NCBI GenBank assembly: GCA_021796415.1
Contig: JAJYJC010000001.1
Coordinates: 18,742 to 82,741, forward strand
DNA from: a bacterium
GTDB lineage: Bacteria > Patescibacteriota > CPR2 > UBA1875 > JAJYID01
DNA length: 64,000 nucleotides
Direction of reading: 5' to 3'
In this document: piece after piece, positions 40,040 to 48,419 of the stretch
How the letters are laid out: every line of letters begins with the position of its first letter
How positions within the stretch are numbered: the first letter of the stretch is position 1
Translations under genes and position numbers: made by a program
Notes under the pieces: model-generated
Seen by the model: the letters and a program-made list of their open reading frames with translations, nothing else
Database searches by the model: none
Told to the model about the DNA's origin: nothing

Positions 40040-40268
40040 ATAAGCAACATTATATCATAGTTTACAGTTCACTGTAAACTGTAAACTTTTCAAATAAAAA
40101 ATATACTTTGTCTGTCATTCCGAGCGACTTCGCGGAACGACGAGTCGAGGAATCCCTTGAAAGATCATGTTATCTGATCTCCAACTTCTAATCTTTAACA
40201 AATGGAAAAGGCGGTTCCTTCAACTGAGTTTTATCTCAGCTCAAGTAACCGCCCGTTTTGGCTTTGGC

Positions 40269-41063
40269 TTAATTTGCCAGATCTAATCCGGCCTTTCGAA
40301 AAGCCCGCGCCATTGCGGTTTCTGTCTCTCCCTCCAGTGAAGAAACCGGGGTACCCAACACCGTGTCGGCAATATACCCGACTACGCGGTTGGGGTCGGC
40401 GCCCATAAAGAAGTCGGGGTCTCTCGAGACCTCCTCGAGATGGGCCTTCACCCTCGCTCGACCACACTGTAGGATGATGTGATCATCCAGACGATCGAGC
40501 GGAAGCCCCGCGACCTTGGCCATGAACTGACGAGTCAACTCCTCGTCGCCCCGGAAGGCAATGAAAAGCTCCCGTGGCAGACCATTCTCCTTCTCACCGG
40601 CATTGTCCGGTTTGTAGGAAATTATTTGTCCGCCATAGTCCCTCTCATCTACAAACTGGCTGGCGATATTCTCCGCCCAGCCAATTGGAGCAGAAACGAG
40701 GACCCAAGTTTCGCCACCCGATCCTCCGCTTGTAGAAGCGTCAGAGAGCTGGCGAACCTCGGACCCAAACTCGACATGGAAGCTCGGCCACCGCTTGGCA
40801 CCGGATCCGTTGCTATACTGCTGGACCAGCACCAGTTCCTTTTGAGGCTCGCCCTCGTAAGGAACCAGCACGACTCCTTCATCCACGATAGCCACATGGA
40901 CTTTATTCAAGTTGCCATCGGGCGCGGAAGTACTGGCAAGTAGTCCGGTGTTGTGCCGCGTCATCCCCGAATGGGGATTGAACGGAACTTGGCCATCGTT
41001 GACCGCAATCCCGTTCTCGACGCTGTTGCCACGGAGCGTGAGGGCGATATGTGTGGTTTTCAT
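40269..41063 (-). CDS. Hypothetical protein (GC-rich island)
   Basis: ATGA overlap with upstream gene; GGAGGTG RBS. Confidence 0.7.
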   Translation of the reverse strand: MKTTHIALTLRGNSVENGIAVNDGQVPFNPHSGMTRHNTGLLASTSAPDGNLNKVHVAIVDEGVVLVPYEGEPQKELVLVQQYSNGSGAKRWPSFHVEFGSEVRQLSDASTSGGSGGETWVLVSAPIGWAENIASQFVDERDYGGQIISYKPDNAGEKENGLPRELFIAFRGDEELTRQFMAKVAGLPLDRLDDHIILQCGRARVKAHLEEVSRDPDFFMGADPNRVVGYIADTVLGTPVSSLEGETETAMARAFRKAGLDLAN

Positions 41064-41578
41064 AGCCACTCACCTCCCCCCTGCTCGACCTTCTGCAAGG
41101 CCAAGCGAGCTTTCCGCTCCTCGGGGCTCTCCACCTGCCACTCTGTTCCGGTCCACATGTACCACGTGGAGGCGTACTTAGAGTTGAGGCGGAAAGTCGC
41201 GCCCGGCGCGACAATCGCGAGAATTTCCTCGCCGCTATTCGTCCGGCCCGCTTGCCCAAAGGCAATGGTGCCGGATAAAATAGCTTCGACGCCCTGTGCG
41301 TCAAAGATGCCATATGACCGGTAACGGTCGTAGCCGCCCACGGCGTTGATCACCGCGAGACACCGACCCTCGTCGTCCCAGTTACCGCGGACTAGGACAA
41401 CGCCATCATCCGTTTTTTTGACCCGAACATCAGGGCCCTCCCCGATAATGGGGATAATCCCTTCTTCGCGACCTCGACCAGCCTCTCCAAGCCGGACCTC
41501 TGACAACGGTCCGGCTTCGGTATCAAGCCCCAAGTGAGATGGGGCTGACCCCGGGTATTCTATCTGATAGAGCTTCAA
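41060..41578 (-). CDS. Hypothetical protein (GC-rich island)
   Basis: TTG start with AAAGGAGGAG RBS. Confidence 0.7.
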   Translation of the reverse strand: MKLYQIEYPGSAPSHLGLDTEAGPLSEVRLGEAGRGREEGIIPIIGEGPDVRVKKTDDGVVLVRGNWDDEGRCLAVINAVGGYDRYRSYGIFDAQGVEAILSGTIAFGQAGRTNSGEEILAIVAPGATFRLNSKYASTWYMWTGTEWQVESPEERKARLALQKVEQGGGEWL

Positions 41579-41993
41579 AACTCCTCCTTTGGTTGTATTT
41601 TTTTCAAATTGCCTGCATATGAGATTTCATATGCAAATTGTTTGATGAAAATTTTGGATTTGGGGAGGCACCGAAGTGCCTCCCCATTTGGCTTTTCGGG
41701 GCTTTTGTTTTTGAGCCGTCTCGGCATCAAGGCAGCTGCCTGACCGACTGCCACTCTTTAAAGCCCCTCTTGACTGATGAGGTCTCGCCCTCCTTAGAAA
41801 ACACCGCCATTTTTAGGCATTTTCTAAGGATGGGTCCCCTCTCTAGCTGTCAGTCGCGGCATCCCCAGCCACCATAATCATCACCTGCAACTCTCCGATG
41901 AGAGCCACATGGTGACTAGATGACCGCCTTCATTACTGAAGGCTTAACCCAGGGTGGGGTTACGGAGCTCCCGGCGGGTGCCCTGAACTCGCC

Positions 41994-42899
41994 TTAGAGC
42001 GAGTTCAGCTTCCCGAGCGCCTCATCCAGCCGTGAAGCCGGAATCGACACTCGGAAAGGCGCCCCCGAAGGCAGGCCGAAGACCTCGACCAAGCTCACGT
42101 CTTTGCGACGCGTAGCTATGGTTAGGTAGTCCTCGCCTGCCCGGAGGTTCTGCGACACCACCACCGCGAACGGAGCAAGGCCCTGACCGGCCAGCAAAAG
42201 CTGGGTCCGGTCATAGTTGCGCTCGCTCTCGCGAGCATCAACCACCGCCACATTACCGGTTACCTGGTAAGTGGCAGAAAGCCGCTCCGTCTCCGCCTGG
42301 ATCGCCGCATACCTTTCGGCGGCGGATTCCAGGACGGAGCGCTGATTCTCGTCGCCGAGGAGCCAGTAAAACGCGGCCTCGCGGACAGAATCGTCCGAAA
42401 GGTCGGCCTTACAGGCCCGCTCGATCAGGTCCGCTTTCTTCGAAAGCGAGCCCTGACGAGTGTCGGCCGCGGTGGCGTCAGCCGCCAAGGGTGTCCAGTT
42501 ATCCTCCTCGCAGAGGATGCTGGCACAGGAGAGAGCTTCTTCGTCAATGATGAATCTCTCATCATCATCGACAAGCCCCTCCCACCCATGGTGGTGGTCA
42601 TACCACCGGTAGAGCTTGTCGCCCAGGCGTTCGACGAAATCGAGCGTCTGCTGCGGATTACGGTTATTCACCGCAATATCCACAACAAACACCGCCTCGA
42701 CCTCCTCGACCTCGACCTTATCCAGCGTAAATGGCTGGACAAAAGTCACCAAGGTTTCAGCTTGGCCCCCAAATTCTTTCCAGGAGTCATGCCAATCCCT
42801 CGCGACCAGCACCGCCGAAACGATGCCGTCGAGGTCGCCGTGAGCGACGATGAGGGTACGACGCTGAATCGCACCCGCATCTCTTGCCATATATATCAC
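41994..42899 (-). CDS. DHH-family phosphoesterase-like protein
   Basis: HGDLDG..SA, VVDI, WYDHH motifs. Confidence 0.7.
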   Translation of the reverse strand: MIYMARDAGAIQRRTLIVAHGDLDGIVSAVLVARDWHDSWKEFGGQAETLVTFVQPFTLDKVEVEEVEAVFVVDIAVNNRNPQQTLDFVERLGDKLYRWYDHHHGWEGLVDDDERFIIDEEALSCASILCEEDNWTPLAADATAADTRQGSLSKKADLIERACKADLSDDSVREAAFYWLLGDENQRSVLESAAERYAAIQAETERLSATYQVTGNVAVVDARESERNYDRTQLLLAGQGLAPFAVVVSQNLRAGEDYLTIATRRKDVSLVEVFGLPSGAPFRVSIPASRLDEALGKLNSL

Positions 42900-43562
42900 C
42901 TCCTTTAAAAAGGTGAGGCCCGATCATGCCGCTTATAAAACGCGGTTCTGTATCATGTCGGGATTGGTAATGGCTTCATAAATAAGAATTGATTCTCACT
43001 CACAAAGCCACTACCAAATCAATATGGCTTTTGTTTTCTAACTTTCTCTCAAATTACCTGCCCGCAAATGATTCACGAGCAAATTGTTTGATGAAATGAG
43101 ATTCTTCGTTACACTCAGAATGACACGTCTAGTTTGTTTCTTATTATTCAATTGTCAAATTGCGTTTTCTGGAACCCGGATTCTGGTCAAGCAACGTCAA
43201 ACGTTGTTATGCCAGAATGACGAATTATTTCTACTCTCCAGATCCTTGTGGACGAGTGAGCACAAAGCTTTTTTCATAGGCCTTACATTCACTTCTGCCT
43301 CCTACCCTCCACAAGTCATCTTGAGACTAGTTTTGGTCTTTCGATATACCTTTTAGACATCTATCAGCCGAGCCGTCTCCTCGGATCCGCACCTTCCTTA
43401 GTTCACCTCCATCGCGTAAAGCTATGGAAGTCAGTCGGACTGTTTGGATCACCCCGGTTCGGGCTTAACCGCTAAGCCATGCGGTGGCCGAAATCTATTA
43501 GGTAATGTGGTTCAATGTTCGTCAACCTTGACTAAAAGTCGTTTTGATTGGTTGATGTGCAT

Positions 43563-43591
43563 ATAGTACCACGGCGCTAACGCTCTGTCAA
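43563..43591 (-). promoter_or_regulatory. sigma70 promoter facing the island
   Basis: TTGACA-17-TACTAT with extended TG. Confidence 0.75.
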
Positions 43592-43737
43592 TACTTTCTT
43601 GTCTTTTCATGTTTTCTTTTTCGTGCCTAGAATAGCAATTTCATACTGCTTTGTCAGAATGTACTTGACAGATATGTACGGGAAAAGTAAAATGGAAAAT
43701 GGAAAAGGTTATGTAAAACATTCAAAAGAAAAGGTAA

Positions 43738-44121
43738 ATGTCAGAAGAAAAAGGAATAATCAAAGAAGACTTCAGTGAATTCTTTCAAAAGAAGATTTAT
43801 CGATTCACTTTGGATTTAATTAAATTCTTGGAAGATCTTAAATATGATGCGACCGTAAAAGTTATACGAGATCAGCTTCTGAGAAGCGGGACAAGCATCG
43901 GAGCAAACCAAATGGAAGCACAATCCGCAAGCACTAGAAAGGATTTCACCAACTTTTACCATTATTCGCTTAAATCTGCCAACGAAAGCAAGTTCTGGCT
44001 TTATCTTTTGAGAGACACAGAGAAAGCAGATCCACAAAAAGTTGAAGCCCTTTTAAGTGAGTTAGGGGAGATATCAAAAATTCTAGGAAAATCAATCATA
44101 AACCTGAAGAAGCAAAAGTAA
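43738..44121 (+). CDS. Four-helix-bundle (IVP-like) protein
   Basis: QLLRSGTSIGAN..EA, S.KDF, KSANESKFWL; promoter TTGACA-17-TAAAAT at 43665-43693. Confidence 0.9.
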   Translation: MSEEKGIIKEDFSEFFQKKIYRFTLDLIKFLEDLKYDATVKVIRDQLLRSGTSIGANQMEAQSASTRKDFTNFYHYSLKSANESKFWLYLLRDTEKADPQKVEALLSELGEISKILGKSIINLKKQK

Positions 44122-44166
44122 TGCATTTACATTTACCCTTTTACCTTTAACATTTAACATTGCCCT

Positions 44167-44922
44167 ATGAAAACTGATGTTTTGGAAAAAATCGGTTTAA
44201 ACTCAAACGAAAGCTACATATACAACATCCTGCTTACAAACGGAGAGCTGAACGCACCGGCCGTCGCCGAGAAGGCTCACTTGAAGATAACCAGGCAAAA
44301 TACCTACACCGTGCTCAAGTCACTGGTCAAGAAGGGATTGATAGAGGAGTTCGACAAGCGCAAAAAACTTACTTACCGCGTAGAGCATCCGCAAAAGCTG
44401 CTTGAAACAATAGAAAACCAGAAAAAAGAGCTTGAAGAGAACGAAAAAACGATCGAAGCGCTCATGCCCGAGATTATTTCTGACTACAATCTCGCCCACA
44501 ATAAGCCGGGAATCGTGTACTACGAGGGGTTAAGCGGCGTAAAGAAAATTTTCGAAGATGTGTATTCACCTGGTAAGGATGAGGTATGTGGCTGCGTGGA
44601 TCCCACGCTTTTTGATAAAAGCTTTGATATAGTCTTTAAGACCTTAGTTCCGCAAAGAATAAAAAATAAGCTTTTTTCTAGGGCAATCTTGACTGATTCC
44701 GCCTTTTCCAAGGCAATGCAAAAAAAGGATAATGAACAACACAGGAAAAGCATCCTAGTTGACCCCCAAAAATACCCCATAACAGCAGAAATAGATGTAT
44801 ATGAGGACAAGATAGCAATGATGGATATTTCTAAAGGAAAAAACTTTGTGGGTATAGTGATTGAGAATAAAGCTATTTCCGAAACCCTCCGCAGTATTTT
44901 TAAGTTAGCTATGAATGAGTAG
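44167..44922 (+). CDS. TrmB-family transcriptional regulator
   Basis: LEKIGLN..E..IY, wHTH, YYEG..G. Confidence 0.82.
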   Translation: MKTDVLEKIGLNSNESYIYNILLTNGELNAPAVAEKAHLKITRQNTYTVLKSLVKKGLIEEFDKRKKLTYRVEHPQKLLETIENQKKELEENEKTIEALMPEIISDYNLAHNKPGIVYYEGLSGVKKIFEDVYSPGKDEVCGCVDPTLFDKSFDIVFKTLVPQRIKNKLFSRAILTDSAFSKAMQKKDNEQHRKSILVDPQKYPITAEIDVYEDKIAMMDISKGKNFVGIVIENKAISETLRSIFKLAMNE

Positions 44923-47650
44923 GATATCCCCTACGAAAAGCCATTGACGAAGATGCTTCGCCTGTTTTTTGTGCAATAACGGTCATGCGAGGCCTACCGG
45001 CTTGAGTGCGCCATTCTGGCGCCATAAATGGATCCTCGGTAACAGCTCCTAAATCTTGGCCGCCTTGTACAAGCACGCCATTTAAACCATTTTGCGCATT
45101 AAGGACATGGAATCCATTTTCACGCAAAAAGTCCAAAAGTTCTAAGCGTGGATATAAATGAAAGTTTTTAGCTTGCGTACTTCCCCCTGAGGCAAACTCA
45201 ACTTCCATGGTGCCATAGGGTTTATCCGGATGTTCTTCATGATATTTTCTTGCTCCTTCTTCATAGCTACCTACCCCGCCTTCAAGCCAAGGGACATCGA
45301 GATAAAGTAAACCACCCTTCTTTAAAACTCTTGAATATTCTCTAAATGCTTTATTTTGCTCATCTCTGCCAAGCAGATCGTTGATTATTGACCAGTTATT
45401 TACCACGGCATCAACACTTTCGCTTGCAATCTGCTCTTTCATGTCTGTGATGCTACCCTTCTTATACTCGATATTTTCACCACCTAAATGATCAGATTGC
45501 AATGAATCTATTCCTATAACTTTTGCCGCAAGTCGCTCCTTTTTGGCAAATCGTGCCATAGGTTCAGTCATTCTAACCCCATCACCACAACCAGCATCCA
45601 GTATGACGCCCTTATGAGGAACTGCTCTTTTGACGAAATCAAAAAGCCTTGCCTGTTCCTTTTCCGTATCAGCAGTTGTTTCAGAGGCATCTTTGTTCAT
45701 CTCTTGATACTCGGTATAAAACTTATCCCTTGTTTCTCCGGTCAAAGAACTTGTTGCATTCTTCTCGCTTATAGCCTCATGTAGAGTTATGGCTTCCCTT
45801 AAAGTTCTGGGGATACTTGCTAAATTCGGATCCTTTGTTGTATAAACATCACATAAATAAAGTATTTTGTCGCTATTTTTCAATAAATCATTTGCGACTT
45901 TAGCCAAATCTTCAGGTCCATTTGGCATATCAAAATAAGCTCGCAAATACACCTGATATACTTTGAGGGCATTCTCAGGATTTATACCAAGTGCCTCAAA
46001 TGGATTTTCACTGTTATGCTTCCTTGCCACCTGCATTCTTTTTTCATAGGGAAGCGACCCGACTAAAATCTCCTTGGCCCTTCTCATAATGCCTTCGTAT
46101 AAATAGCTTAATTCCTTTTCGGTCATTCCTCCTCCAAGCATATCTACGTACTGGGATGCGAGATTATATACTTCGGTATACTCTTTAAATATTTTTGCAG
46201 CCAATGCAGGGTTTACTTCTGCAAGTGCTATCACGGCATCACTATTCTCAAGACCATATTCAACTGACAAAAAAGCGGTGAGGCCCTCTCTGCCAAAATC
46301 TCGAGCAAAACTGAGCAGTTCTGCCTCCTGCTTATCTCTCAGACCTTCATGCTTGTGCATATTCAGTGCAACAGAGGCCAAAGAACAAATTTCATGGATA
46401 TTGAATCCATAAATGTTTTCTTCTCCCATCTCCTGCGATAGTTTTGCGGCCAGATCAAGTCCATAAACAAAGTTCTCTGTAAGTTCCTTGAGTCTAAGTT
46501 GGTAGGCGTGTTCATTTTCATCGGCCCTCTGCGGGAAAAAGGATTCCGGTCTAAATCTTTCGATATTCATCTCTTCTTGCTTAATATAGTCAGTACCGGA
46601 CCTAGGCTTGTTATTCAGAGAAAAAATATGGGTCGGTTCAGTTCTATCTTTCATTCTTTCTAAAACAACCGCAATGTCGTCATTTACCTTTTGAACTTCT
46701 TTCCCCCTGAAAATTTCACCCTTCAAGACGTATCTTTTTGAATCAATCATGAATTGACCGTTTCCGGGAATTTCCTTTGATATTCTCCTTTTTTGGCCTC
46801 CTCTCTCCGAAAGTACCTGGAAATCCTCCTGAACTAACAAATGATTCTTCACAAGATCGGGCACAACCTTCTCAGCATCTGTTGAAATACCGACAATAGT
46901 CTGGCTGCCCATACCATAAGATTCAAAAAAATCATAAGATATCGGCCGCGGTTCGCTCGCGCCTTTACTCAAAACCATAAGATCACCCTCGGCATTCCTT
47001 TGTCCGGCGCCGTATCTGGGATGGAAGATAGTGTAAGCCATTCTAGCCTCCATATATGGAATTTTTTCTTTTGAGAAAGGGTAGTCTCCACCCGGCGAGC
47101 GAGACATTTCCCATGGTGCTATTTGAAACCTTGACCCGGCAATGGCATGCGGGCTAAATGCCTCCTTCTTGGTTTTAGGAATGTAAAACAATGGTTTCTC
47201 TTCTTTCAAACCCCTGCGCCAATCTTGCTTTGCAACAACACCACCTTCTCCTAATGCGGCAAAAAGGAATTCGTTTTTTGTTGGCGGTTGCGCAAAAAAA
47301 CCCTTGTCATTATGCGTATCTCTTTCTTTCTGCCTGTACCAATCTTCGATTCTATCTCTGTTCTCCAGCGGAGTATTTTCCAGGAATTGCAACCTATTTG
47401 AGGTACCGTTTTCCCTTTGTATAGCTCTCATTTTCTTATCACTGGTTTCCTTGAGCGCCTCCACATCTAAAACTTTGTATTCTTTGCCACCCTCTTTATG
47501 GATTTCAAGAAAACCTTCTTTTTCTAATGTCTCAAGCAGTACGTTGGCTTCACCTTGCTCAGATTGCTCTGCTTGACCGCCTCGAAGCAGAGTCAAGTTT
47601 GGACCTGACTCTGTAATTTCCGGGGTTATATGTCTTTCTGCATTTTCCAT
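44909..47650 (-). CDS. Large protein with C-terminal class I SAM methyltransferase domain
   Basis: VILDAGCGDG, GID, RVLKKGG; N-terminal ~650 aa unassigned. Confidence 0.75.
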   Translation of the reverse strand: MENAERHITPEITESGPNLTLLRGGQAEQSEQGEANVLLETLEKEGFLEIHKEGGKEYKVLDVEALKETSDKKMRAIQRENGTSNRLQFLENTPLENRDRIEDWYRQKERDTHNDKGFFAQPPTKNEFLFAALGEGGVVAKQDWRRGLKEEKPLFYIPKTKKEAFSPHAIAGSRFQIAPWEMSRSPGGDYPFSKEKIPYMEARMAYTIFHPRYGAGQRNAEGDLMVLSKGASEPRPISYDFFESYGMGSQTIVGISTDAEKVVPDLVKNHLLVQEDFQVLSERGGQKRRISKEIPGNGQFMIDSKRYVLKGEIFRGKEVQKVNDDIAVVLERMKDRTEPTHIFSLNNKPRSGTDYIKQEEMNIERFRPESFFPQRADENEHAYQLRLKELTENFVYGLDLAAKLSQEMGEENIYGFNIHEICSLASVALNMHKHEGLRDKQEAELLSFARDFGREGLTAFLSVEYGLENSDAVIALAEVNPALAAKIFKEYTEVYNLASQYVDMLGGGMTEKELSYLYEGIMRRAKEILVGSLPYEKRMQVARKHNSENPFEALGINPENALKVYQVYLRAYFDMPNGPEDLAKVANDLLKNSDKILYLCDVYTTKDPNLASIPRTLREAITLHEAISEKNATSSLTGETRDKFYTEYQEMNKDASETTADTEKEQARLFDFVKRAVPHKGVILDAGCGDGVRMTEPMARFAKKERLAAKVIGIDSLQSDHLGGENIEYKKGSITDMKEQIASESVDAVVNNWSIINDLLGRDEQNKAFREYSRVLKKGGLLYLDVPWLEGGVGSYEEGARKYHEEHPDKPYGTMEVEFASGGSTQAKNFHLYPRLELLDFLRENGFHVLNAQNGLNGVLVQGGQDLGAVTEDPFMAPEWRTQAGRPRMTVIAQKTGEASSSMAFRRGYPTHS

Positions 47651-47678
47651 AAGCACATTGTAGCACAAGATAGAAGAT

Positions 47679-48287
47679 TTATTTTAGGATTTTGAGCTCG
47701 GCTTTTAGGGTTTTTAGGTCAAAAACGGCAAAACTGGCGCGGCCGAACTGGCCGGCTACTTCTCCGGGATTAATCAATTGGGTTTTGCCAATCTGTTCCT
47801 CCCAAGGAGTGTGAGTGTGGCCGTAGAATACGGTGTCGTATCGTTCGGACTCGGCTAATTCTTTAGCCTTTCGATTGTTATGGACATAGGCAATTTTACG
47901 CTTTTCAAGCACGACTTCGCCGAAATCCGGGGCAAAAACCACATTCTCCGGAAAGAGTCCACCACCCCTGTCATTCCCGCCCTCCTTTGTCATTCCGAGC
48001 GACTTCGCGGAGCAACAAGCCGAGGAATCCCTTTCGCCTTTATCAGTACCATCTGGGCAGGCGGATAAACTCCGGCGGGAATCCAGTCCATTTTTCAATT
48101 CAAAATCTAAGTTCCCCAAGTTTAAGTAAAGAATTTCAAATGACTTTGCCACTTCGCTCACTGTGTCTAAATCGCCAATATCCCCGCAGCAAAAGCCAAT
48201 TTTAACTCTTTCAGCTTTAATAATCTCCGCCGCTTCCCGCCAGCGCTCTAAGTTGTCATGCACATCGCTAAAAACCGCTATTTTCAT
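47679..48287 (-). CDS. YfcE-like metallophosphoesterase with in-frame REP insertion
   Basis: SDVH, GD, GNLD, GHTH, INPG. Confidence 0.88.
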   Translation of the reverse strand: MKIAVFSDVHDNLERWREAAEIIKAERVKIGFCCGDIGDLDTVSEVAKSFEILYLNLGNLDFELKNGLDSRRSLSACPDGTDKGERDSSACCSAKSLGMTKEGGNDRGGGLFPENVVFAPDFGEVVLEKRKIAYVHNNRKAKELAESERYDTVFYGHTHTPWEEQIGKTQLINPGEVAGQFGRASFAVFDLKTLKAELKILK

Positions 48288-48310
48288 AGCTTATATTATA
48301 CACTACCTCT

Positions 48311-48376
48311 GTCATTCTGAACTCGATTCAGAATCTATTAAATAAGGCCTGGATTCCGGATCAAGTCCGGAATGAC
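48311..48376. repeat. Gene-less REP doublet matching the ends of GIY-YIG unit 4
   Basis: GTCATTCTGAACTCGATTCAGAATC ... TGGATTCCGGATCAAGTCCGGAATGAC. Confidence 0.9.
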
Positions 48377-48419
48377 AATATAAAAAGACCCTTGAGGTGG
48401 GTCTTTTTTATTTGAAGCT

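Noticed and set aside
41774-41802. Hammerhead ribozyme (CTGATGA...GAAA)
   Set aside because: Stem II cannot close before GAAA and no matching stems I/III were found.
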